NCBI GenBank assembly: GCA_023645945.1
Contig: JALAIB010000094.1
Location: 1-32,821, forward strand
DNA length: 32,821 bases
Direction of reading: 5' to 3'
DNA from: Diploschistes diacapsis
Taxonomy: Eukaryota
Below are positions 1 through 10,491 of the stretch, in pieces. How positions within the stretch are numbered: position 1 is the first letter of the stretch; each line of letters opens with the position of its first letter. The notes under the pieces are model-generated. The model searched no databases, was not told the origin of the DNA, and worked only from the letters and a program-made list of their open reading frames with translations. The position numbers and the translations under genes are program-made.

Positions 1-405
1 ATGCGAGGGGGACCATGGGGGAGGGCGGAAGGCTTCGTTCGCCAGAAGAATAATGGTACGGGTCACTGCAAGCACCGCAGCTCTAGCCTGGTATGAGCAG
101 CGGTAGCTAGCTTGCGATGATGTGGTCTATCTGCATAAGAAGGATCAAGTGTGCTGATAGAGTCCCGAAGAAGTATGGCATGCATTCGAATTTTAATACC
201 ATCCTTCATCCAGGGCGCCTGAGCACTGAACAGACCAAACACCCGTTATCCCGATTTTTGCATATCTTCCCCTATGGTCCCCAGATTCTCGTCAAGGCGA
301 ACCGGCCTGCAACCCTCCCATATAGTACCAGACATTAAAGAACCATATATGCACGAGAACCGCCCAGTCCCTCAACGCCATAATTTACCCTCCTCATCCC
401 TTTCC

Positions 406-2335
406 CTATCCCTCTCTGCTTAGCCCCTTCCCACCTGCACACCCCCCCAGGGCAACGATCCCAGCAGCAAGGCACCCCACAAACACCCCAATGACCCACA
501 CCACCACCCCAAAAGCCCAATATATCACCCTTAGTGCAAACTTCGTCCCGCCGCCCAGATCCGGATCGTCGAGGTCGAAAGATTGGAACCTGCTCAGATC
601 GACACCGGTATTTGAGCCCCGCAGTTCTGGAGCAACGCCTGATGGAGGGATCGGTTTGGAAATAGGCGCGGGCCAGGCGGCTTCGAGGTCTTTGTCCTCC
701 ACCGCCATGGTGAAAACGGTGGGAACATGCGAGGGGTTGGGTGAGGGAGGTATGGCGGTTCGGTGAGATAGTGCGCTTTGGCTCCGTAGCGTTCCGGGCG
801 CGAAGAGGGGGTTGCACATAGATAGCCAGCGAGAGGGGGGTTTTGCTTGCTTTTGCTTTTGCACTTTCGTAGGGGTGAATTTGCGGGAAGAGATCGAGCG
901 AGGACTGGTGCGGGTTGGTGGGGGATCGAAGTGGGGAATTGGTAGTGCGGGCGGAGCGAGGAGAGCTGTATGGCGCTGGAGGTGTAGGATTAAGGTGAGG
1001 AGGCTGGAAAGGAGCACATCGAGAGTATGGATCGAGGATGCGAGGGAGGTGATGTTACAGGTTTGAAGGTCCAGAGTTTTGCTGGCGAGATCCAGGGTGA
1101 GAATCGGTTGCGCAGTTGATGTAACGAAACGGATGAATGAGTCGGGGACGATCTCGATGGAAAGTGCGGTCGGCGGTGATTCCACGCCCGAAGGATTGTG
1201 AAGGGATGGCAAGCTAAAATAGTAGTTTGCAGAGTCGGAATCCCAAAGGAGAGTAGCTGCTTCTGCCCTCCTTGCCCGGTCAAGAGCTTCGGTTTGTAAG
1301 CGAATCCCTTCTTGCCGCGGCAGGTGCTGCGTAGCTGCGACATTTGATGCGGTGTCGATGGCAAGCAACTCTGCAAGGGTTGGGAAGAAAGTAGCGAGCT
1401 CAGGATGGATGACGCTTGGAGCGGATAGTGTGGGTTTGCAGATTGTGATCTCTTTGGAAGGATCGAGCGGGTGCGCGCGGGTCATTACCACCGTGGAGCC
1501 CGAGGCATGGAGCGTATAGAGTGCGGAAGAGGAGGAGGTTAGAGTGAAAGCTTCATGGTCAAGAATCAGAGAGTCGCTAAGGATTGTTAGAAGATACGAA
1601 AACCCAATCGAGAAACCTGTTAACATACCACTTCAGCCCCAAGGTATACGATTCTGCGGCCTCTACACTATTCTGCCCATTGGCTATGCTCCACAAGTCA
1701 AGGAGTGAGTCTGGCGAGGATAGTTCTGGCACAGACTCCTCAATGATTCTCAAAGGCGATGCGTTGAGTATGGTTGAAGGAATTCGAGAAGCTGCCCATG
1801 GATCGCTAGCCAGGAATCCTGTGGGAGGGCTTCGCGGTTGCGAGTAAAGACTTGGGGAGTACTGTGCATTGTCGCCGGAAGTGACTATGAGCGGCGGGCC
1901 CCTCTCAAGAGTCGGGTAGTAGTGCTGATGCGATAATGGGATCGATGAATTCATCTGAGGGAACATAGATCTCATCACTGGTGATCTCTCGTCGGGGCCG
2001 TTGTTCGTCTCCTTTCCCCAAGTCGCAGCGCTTGGTTGTGAACCACCCTGAGAGCATTTTCGTGAAGGCTCATCTCCTTCACTCTTGGATTGTGTCCATG
2101 GACCGGCTCTCGATGGCGTCGATGGCCGTGTGTCGTGAACGCGTGCTGGTGGAGGAGGCTTAATTTCTTCAACCGACGAAGCCGCAGTCACTGCTATGAC
2201 TATCTGTCTAGTATCGAGCTTGAGACTAGGCGCCTCGAGAGCCACAACCTTCGCTGTCTGCGAAGGCGTACCACATCGCGACGGAAACAAATTCCCAGGA
2301 GGCGCAACGTTTGGAAGTTGGAATTCAGTGGCCAT
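406..2335 (-). CDS. Conserved fungal hypothetical protein, Pro/Ser-rich, with a C-terminal hydrophobic (probable transmembrane) helix; 2 exons (2335-1629, 1576-406), ~625 aa
   Basis: ORFs 1577..2335 and 406..1626 join in frame through a 52-nt intron (1628-1577; GTATGT...CTAAC...TAG), giving ...LGLK-C-DSLILD.... The C-terminus FALRVIYWAFGVVVWVIGVFVGCLAAGIVALGG is hydrophobic. Function not recognised. Confidence 0.8.
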
Positions 2336-2795
2336 TGCGACTGCGGGTCCAAGGTATCTATGTTAGAATAGCTTCATTATTGTCTACTATTTTGAGCGAA
2401 ACTGTCGCAGTGAACACTTCGCCATATCCATTGAATGGAGTATGGAAGATCAAGACGATAGCAGGAAAGTAGAGATGAAACGATAGGCATGGAAAACGTG
2501 TACTACCTTTCGTAGGTATATCTCCTTTGCAGGACATTGACTGTCCGCTAAGATAGAATAAGCGCCAGGCATCCCTGCGCAATCAATCGTGGCATTATTA
2601 CTCTTCTGGCTCCCCTGATCCTAATCAGTGAGATGGCCAGGTCACTCAGTCCCAAGAATAGATGCATAGTACACCCGGATCTCCCAACCCAACCAGGCCA
2701 CGAAAAGCCGGGGGCGCGTAGGAGCGCAGACTGATTTGGAGAATTTGAAGTTTTTGTTTTGCCAAGACAGAGTGGCTGCTCTGTGACACAATCTC

Positions 2796-2869
2796 TGATT
2801 GGTGGAAGAAACATCACCTCCTTTGATTGGACGTCCGAGAATAAAGATGCGCGGTAACTTCGTGATTGG
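2796..2869 (-). promoter_or_regulatory. Cluster of three CCAATCA boxes (putative CCAAT-binding complex sites) upstream of the 406-2335 gene
   Basis: TGATTGG occurs on the + strand at 2796-2802, 2824-2830 and 2863-2869, all in the same orientation, ~460-530 nt upstream of the ATG at 2335. Confidence 0.4.
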
Positions 2870-3043
2870 TCAGGTCTCTAGGGCAAATAGCCTTCGTCTC
2901 TTCTATGTGTTGTCACTTTATTTCACTACTTTGTATTCTGTACAGATGGTCGTACGATCGATACATCTATCATGCGAAAGAATCCTATATGAACTCTAAG
3001 TCTACAAGGTACTCTTCCCGTCAGTGACGGATGTCTACCCCCT

Positions 3044-6000
3044 TCATCGTTTTCTCTCATCACCACACTCTGGACAGCCCTTGGGGAACACTGAAGGGGA
3101 GAATGGATGGCCATGGCCGCAGTAGCTTGGACCTCCGCACTCACTGTTGCCAAGTTTCTCCCAAAAATCCCTGGATTCCACCTTGTGCATATCGTCAAGG
3201 GCGAGAGAGCTCACACCGGACATGATGAAGCTGTTGGCTTCTCGCACATTGCTTAGAAGACATCCCGCTGAGTTTGGATACGCTGCACACAGAGTTGATG
3301 CTCTCTTCAAGTCATCTCCTATAGCAGCAATTTCTAGGCCGGTATTCCTAGCAACAACGACCAAAGACGTCTTCAGAATGATAAGTTCCACTTCCAGACG
3401 CTTGAGATTCTTTTGCTGGCATGGAAGCATGATCTGGTCGAGTGCTGCAATATCCCCCGAAAGGTGCCTGTATCCACTAGAGAGGACCTCTATGAGCAGA
3501 CCAATGTATTCATCCTTATTTGCAGTCTTTCTGAGCTGTACCGTAACCATCGAAAGGAAACGTGCGATCAGAAACCGACAGCGATAGTAAACACGATCAA
3601 ACCGAAGCTTGAAGCTCAGCACTGGTACCGGGAATAGTTCACCGTTATTCAACATTCGCGCGAATTTGATGATGCTTTCTTCAAGTGGTCGCACAAAGTT
3701 GTCCCGCGTCCTCATAGCTTCCCTCTGGACCTCAATCATTTCCGTCATACGCTTGTTCATGATCTCTTGATTGTGCCTAACGGCAAGCGGTCCGGGCTTG
3801 ATCTTGGTACAGAGTTCGGTTAAGTTGAGGAACAGGCGGTCCTCTGCTGCCATCGTGCTTTTTGCAACTTGGCGCAACTGTCGGCCCATCTTCGCGCAGA
3901 GACGTCCAATAATATCCTGACCGTCTAGGAGCTGGCGAGCGAGGGCATAACGGGGGCAGCCTGAGATGGAAGAGCCACAGGTGGGACACTGAAGCTGCAT
4001 TGCCTTGGGTAAAGATTGTACCTTAATTTCCCAGATCTTACCGTCTGAGTCAAAAGAATACAGATCTTCCAGGCCTAAAGACTTGTCAAGCTCTTTGACG
4101 GTAAAAGTATGTTGGCATGGAAGTGTATAGGTCGGTTCTTTGCTCCTTTGTCCTCGGCATTCTAAGCAGGTTTCCGGACATGGTTCTCCACAAATGCTGG
4201 GGCAAATGTGAAGTCCACAAGAAAGCATATGGGAACATGGTTGAGAGCATGGGATGAACGTGCCGGGTAAGGAGCAAAGGATGGCCTTCTCCTGATGCGG
4301 GCAAGAGATCCGTTGGCCTTCCTTCACACAAGGATCGCATCTAATAGCACATGGTAATTTGCAATTCCCATGACTGCATGCCTTCAGACAGGGCTGCAAG
4401 CAGGTCGGACAAACCTCACTACCATGGCAGGGAGTTATGCATTTGTGTCCACAAGGCAAGTCCCTCCCGCATATTTGTTCGCATGTAAGGCAACATCCGT
4501 CATGGTTGCATTCACTGCATCTGTGTACGCACTTGTGGCCACATTCTAAGAGACGACCACAGTCTTCATCGCAGTTTACTTCCTTTCCTTCGTCGGCACA
4601 CTTTATTGTCTTAATATGTCCACAGTCCAGAAGAACTTGGCCCTTCTCGCGGGTGCACCAGAACCTAACCATGTCCGTGGAGCAGAGGGGCTTTAACAAG
4701 TGGCCACAAGGCATGATGATATTTTCTCCAAACGCAGTACAAGGTGTGCACTTTTCGCCACAAAGCTTCTGGCATTGATGGCCACAAGGTAAGGTCTTGC
4801 CGCATAGCTCAGTACAAGGCATGCGCCCATCTTTATGCATCTCTTCTAGATGACATAGTTCAGAACACAAATGACCGCACGGAAGCTCTTGTAGACATGG
4901 CTCTTGACACGCTGGAATATATTGAAACTTGTCTGGATGGGCAACACCGATTATTGCAGTATCATCGTCATCATAATGCTTTGAACATGGCTTAAGTGGT
5001 AACTCTCTGCCACAGGCACTTTTGTGTTTGAACTTGCTGACGATGGGAGTCCACTGTGGTATAGTTTCGAGAAGCGTAGAATTGCCGACGACGTAAAAAC
5101 CATTGCGTGCACGACTGATCGCAACGTTGACTCGGTTCTGGTTTTTCAAGAAGCCAGCCTTGCCTTGTACGTTGCTCCGTACCGGACTGAAAAAGACAAC
5201 GTCGTTCTCTTCACCTTGGTAGTTGTCAACTGTGGTGACGCGGATCATTGCGCCTACTTCGAAAGAAGTTGCGGATTTACTATCAAGTTCGTCCATCTCG
5301 AGCATTCCTGCATCAACAAGCGCTTCTTTATCTCCTTTGGTGAGGACAACGTTGCAGAAACTCTTGAGACACCTCACAAAGAGAGCTACCTGGCCGTTGT
5401 AGGGAGTAAGGATGGTAATGGTATTGTACCTAAAGCCTTGACGTTCGATTAAGTATTTCACTGTATTAGAGATAAAGTCGGCCTCCCATCGGTTTGAACA
5501 AGACTTGGCCATGGCTGATAAAGGGTCCGGAATATCCTCTGGAACATCATGGTGCACCCAATATAGACGAGAAAAAAGGCCAGGTACATCTGGACGGTTA
5601 TGTGTGCTCGGATGATCGATGAGGTACGGATAATCGCCCTCGCGAAGTAGATCCGCCAAATCCGGATGAGCCCTTCTTTGTGTATTAAGCCTTGAGAAAG
5701 GAATAGAATCAATTAGTCTTTCAAACAGGGACTCATCCAGTCTATATCTCACGTCATTCTCAGTACACAAAGCCTGTGAAGTGATATGAGGGCGTAGTTG
5801 AAAGGGATCACCAATCTTGATCAGATGCTGGGCGGATGGAACCAGCGCCGCTATCGTAGAAGCTTCTGTAAGCTCACTGGCTTCCTCCATAAGATAAGTG
5901 TGTGGTTGAAGCATGTTTAGAAATTCCCAATTTCGGGCGCAGCCACTTGCGGTCAGAGCGATAATGTCAATCTTCTGCTCTAGCAGGGACCGAACATCGA

Positions 6001-8122
6001 GCTCCTGCATGAGACGTCGACTTCGTGCTCGTGCAGACTGATGACGACGATGAATCTCTGCAAAGGCTTCACAAAGACTCCATTCGTTGATATCCCTGAG
6101 CCATTTTTTGAGTAGCTCTTGTCTCTCAACCATGTCACGATTCCAGATCATCTGGCATGAGCTGGGAGAATCTGCAATCTTCTCCTTAAACATGTTTAAG
6201 ACCTTTAGTACCGACGTATGGGCATTAACGTCGATTTTCCCAGAGGATATACCGAGAGCTTCCGAGGACGTAGTAACCAAGGCTTCGATGCTGTTTAAAT
6301 CACCACCAGTGATCCAGTATTTGAATGCATAGCCGGCAGAGCTCCTCGTCAATAAGCGATATTCAGCTTCCCTTACGCCAACTTTATCGAGGTACTCGAA
6401 TTGATTGGCGATCTCCGTGTGGTTCTTGGCTAGATATCCTTGCAGAGTACGGATTCCTACCTCACTTGAGAATTCTTCGGCCCACTCAATGCCTAACATG
6501 ACGAGGTTTTCGGCCTGACTTCTTGCCTCGAAACGTCCTCGTCTTTCGTCGATGTTTGCTTTGACTCGCCGTGAGACATTGATCAGTAGGTACTTTTCCA
6601 TCCAATCGCATGTACTCCGGTTGCCCACGCGGACGATCTTGGTGATGTTGCGCTTGATCAAGCTGGCAATGAAATCGTCAAGGGCATGGTTCGTCATACA
6701 AACGACGATGATAGGCTTGTAATTGTCTTGCGGCTGTGACTTTAGTATGACTTCGGACTCAGCTACGCCTAGAAAGGTTTTTCCGGTACCCGGAGGGCCT
6801 TGTGTGAACGCAACACGTCGGTTCAAGTTCTCGAACAACGCAGTAGCCTGGCCATCATCTAGTGTTGTAAGCTGTTTGATTGACTGCAGTCCCTCTTGTG
6901 AGCCAGGGCTTAGGAGTAAATCTTCGCGAGGCGAATCTTTTGATGGATCTCGAAGGCAGTTAAGGTCATATCGAAATCCAGCGTCCAAAGCGTACGCCGG
7001 AGGCTGAACAGACGGGCCCACCGCGTCGGTTTTAGGGGCAACGGTGCTTGAGAACGGGAAATCACCGGTGACGGAATATTGCTGCAGCCTGCGAAGGGGA
7101 TCCACAAAACCAGCTGCAAGGACGTTTGGTAGATCAATTAGGAAATATCGAGCTTTGATCAGACCTTTTGCATAGTATGCCGCTTGACGTACTTTCGATA
7201 TGTCATCTCTATTGGCGAGGCATAACTGGACCGCTGCGCGAGTTGTACTTCCTGTGGATTGCATTGCCCCCTGATTTTGTTAGCGAATTCAGCTGAACTA
7301 GAATTAGGGTGACAGTACCGTGCTTTCGCGAATGAAAGCTTCGAAAAGAATGACGTTAACCTCGTTCGTCTCCTCATGAACTGCAAGAAGAGCACACATC
7401 TTTCCCTTTTCGAACAAATCCGATGAGAACATAGAGACACCGCGGAGTTTGCGCGGACAGTCGAAACTCATCCGGAAAACAGCTCCCACGAATTCATGAA
7501 AGATAAATGATTCGAATTTGGCTTCTTGAATAAAAGTGTAGCGGGTCCCCCGAGGCGTTTCTTGGCGGTGATCGTAGATTGGCATGGGTGGCCAGATGGC
7601 TTTCTGAAATCCATCATAGCAAGCATCGATGATGACTTCAATATTGTCCTGCCTGAGCTGACGGAAGTGGCAATCCAATAGACGGGAAGGGGCGTCAGGA
7701 CGAATAGTGACGTTCTTTGCCGGTATAAATGGGGCGCGAAGGCAAATAATCTAGGGAACTAGGTTATAACTAGGCATAGAGAAAGCCAAGAAGAACCCTA
7801 CCTCATCGACGGTCGGTAGAATTTCAATGCCAGTGATCTCCACCATGTCATTATCGTGACGAAGTCCTTTGGCGGATAACGTTCCCGGCCCATCTTCATC
7901 AAATGGATGCTCTGTTGAGACTGGCAAGCGAGCAGTGCAAGTGAGAGAATTGATTGGATCGCGCGGGACCATATCATACTCTTCATCGACTAGAGTGATG
8001 ATGTGGTGCCTCAAGCAGTCTTTGTTCCTGCACGATCCAAGAACGTCATCTTTGCAAAGATGTTCAAGAGGCAATGAGCGTAGCGAAGCCTTCGGCGCCA
8101 CATATGGGCGGTAAGCTGCCAT
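3044..8122 (-). CDS. NFX1-type zinc finger SF1 (Upf1-like) RNA helicase, ZNFX1/SAD-3/Hrr1 family; 3 exons (8122-7802, 7750-7319, 7270-3044), ~1659 aa
   Basis: Introns 7801-7751 (GTAGGG..TAG) and 7318-7271 (GTACTG..GCTAAC..CAG) join three ORFs in frame. Motifs: RHDND..I..I.ILPT.DEI, Walker A GPPGTGKT, Walker B MEEASE, IGDPFQLRP, SLFERL, LNTQRR, ILTPYNGQ, TVDNYQGEEND and NRVNVAISRAR. These are followed by repeated LPCGH.C...CH NF-X1 fingers, a RING-like LPCQH...CPTC and a terminal CGHGH...CPEC. Confidence 0.93.
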
Positions 8123-8905
8123 GGTGAAGATGAAGGCGAGCCAATAGAAGTGAAACCTCACCAGTTAATGCTATAATAAGGTTGACGGTATGTAATATGT
8201 TCAACTGATAGCAAGATGCAGACGCGCAGACGCACAGCCGTTTGAACGTCCGTAGATGATCCTAAGAATTGTGATTGAAGAGGAAAATTTCAAATTTGTT
8301 GTCAAGTCTCGTGGTGTAAGGTGTGCATAAGGGTGATACATATTTCACAGTGGAAAGAACGTCTATTGTTGACTCAAAACATACAGAGTGTGCGGGACAC
8401 CACATGTGCTTGAAATTCAGTGAAAATACCAGACAGTAGGGGGAAAGGCCGCATTATGGAAGTGTCTAGTAAACGAAAACATACTGCTGGTGTTCAAATA
8501 AGTCTGGTTCAACTTGGGCATGTAATCCATGGCCGCAAAGTAGCGCTGCACTTTACCATACCAAATTGTGTGAATCTAATTTACCGTCAGTCATCTATAC
8601 TGAATTCACATCACACCTCTCATGCCGAATCATTCTTGTTATCACGAAGGCACTTCGTATTAGTAATGACCAAATATCAAGGTCACAATAGCACAAATCA
8701 GCACTCGCGATCAGTTGTAGTACCACAGTACTCAGATTCGCGTAGCAATACGTAAACAAGTAGTTAGGGGTATCTCCCGGCCATTCGCCTCAAGTAACCG
8801 CATCATTACACCCATAAATAGCAAGCAAAGAAATACTACTCTACCAGGTAGGTACCCCAATCCGCACGATGAACCTTCAAACCCACGATGTGCCAGAGTC
8901 GAACC

Positions 8906-10025
8906 TCAGTTCTTGCGGGTACGGCCAGACTTGCGAGTACCAGCTGATGCAACATTCTTAGTGGCTGACTCCTTTGCGGTTTTGGTGACACGACCTTTCT
9001 TGGCTGCAGGAGCCTCCACTACCGCTTCTGATTCATCTTCCGCTGTTTCAGTAGGGTCCCCAAGTTGGGCAGTAGCAGGCGCAGCCTCAGTCTTGACAGT
9101 CTGCTTTGGCTTCGTGGCCCTGCTACGTTTGGCTGGTGGTGAAGCACCTTTAGCACCGCCGTCCTTTACACGACTGCGTTTCTTTGGCTCGTCATGCGCA
9201 ATTATATCGGCCTCTCTACCATCATCCCCATCTTCACCAGAGAGCTCCTCCTCCTGAAACGCATAAGTCAATAATCGCAAACGACCCCAAAGGTTATGAA
9301 TGGCACGATCGTTTAACTTACCTTTTTGATGCCATTCCTGATTTTTGCAGGTGCTTTCTTGGCTTTAGTATCCCCCTGAGCAGCTCCTTTCTCGGCTTTC
9401 GCCCTTTCCTTTTCTGCTTGTTTGGCAACCTTTTCTTGAGCCTTAAGTGCCTTTTTCTCTGCCTTCTTGGCTTGCTTCTCAGCTTCTTTTTTAGCCTCTG
9501 CAGCTCCGGGACGATTTATCTCAGGATCCTAAGAAAACAATGTTAGGTTATCATATTCCAGAGTAAAGGCGGAATGCATACCATCCCAATGCATTCTTCA
9601 TCTGCGATGTGGCCTTCCTCCACAGCCTTTCGTACCCGCTTTTGGTCTTCCTCTGACAGCTCCTCGAGTCCATCGATCACATCGAAATCGCCCTCAATGA
9701 ACTCTTTGAGATGCTCAAGTTGCTTAGGCGTCACGCATCCTGTGAATATGAGTAAAAGATCTGTTTAACGTATACAATACGAAGCCCACCCCAGTGTCTG
9801 TAGGACCAGAACGAATGGCCCTCAGGAATATCAACCCAGGACCCGAATTTGAGTGATCCCTTCTCCATTTTGACCTTGTCGCGCTTGCAGGTAGGGTATG
9901 TGCAACCTGCGCGATTGGTCTTCGCATACTCTAATAGCAGTGAGCTCATTATATGTAAGGTCTTTTCTCGCGTGTTCTTTTTCTTTGAGATCAAGAGACT
10001 TACCAACTCTGTACGAGGTAGGCAT
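8906..10025 (-). CDS. PARP-type zinc finger (zf-PARP) protein with a Lys/Ala/Glu-rich tail; 5 exons (10025-10004, 9930-9790, 9739-9582, 9528-9322, 9253-8906), ~291 aa
   Basis: Spliced product: MPTSYRVEYAKTNRAGCTYPTCKRDKVKMEKGSLKFGSWV...YRHWGCVTPKQ...DGLEELSEEDQKRVRKAVEEGHI...DPEINRPG, which is the canonical zf-PARP C..C...HxxC pattern. All four introns (73, 50, 53 and 68 nt) are GT-AG and keep the frame. No PARP catalytic domain is present. Confidence 0.9.
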
Positions 10026-10491
10026 CTTCTTAGAAGTAGTCCGGGCGAAGGGGAAATGATTTTTCTATCGTGCTCTCAACTGTTAGCTTTCCTACAGAGA
10101 GCATTGGTAAGTCCGGAAGAAGAGATTTATATACCTTCAGAAGTTCTAGGCGTTTGCATGCGCTCCCATATTATGTCTGCAGTGGCATTGTAAGCTTCAA
10201 TGTTGTGTAGTGATGCCAAGGAAGGAGCTGTCAAGGAGCTTTACAGAATGACGTCCAACCTTGAAAAGCTGTGACAAAGGGACATTGAGCTCCGCAGGGC
10301 TGAGGTAGTTGGATATGTCTTGGCAACTGCTTGGCAATATGGGCATTCTGGAAGTCACCTGATGCCAAGTAAAATCTGATCTCTCTGTTTTCAAACTTCT
10401 AAGCGTCACCTCCCTGGTGATCTTGTACTTGCTATATTTTACGCTTCATACGGAAAGTCTCTACTTGCCCCCCGAACATGGGAGGCGTGAG

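Noticed and set aside
1..200. Possible gene start running off the left edge on the minus strand (ATG at 16)
   Set aside because: Too little sequence to support a coding call.
10417..10491. N-terminal extension of the 1031-aa ORF
   Set aside because: It depends on a GTG start. The first in-frame ATG (10492) gives a plausible targeting peptide.
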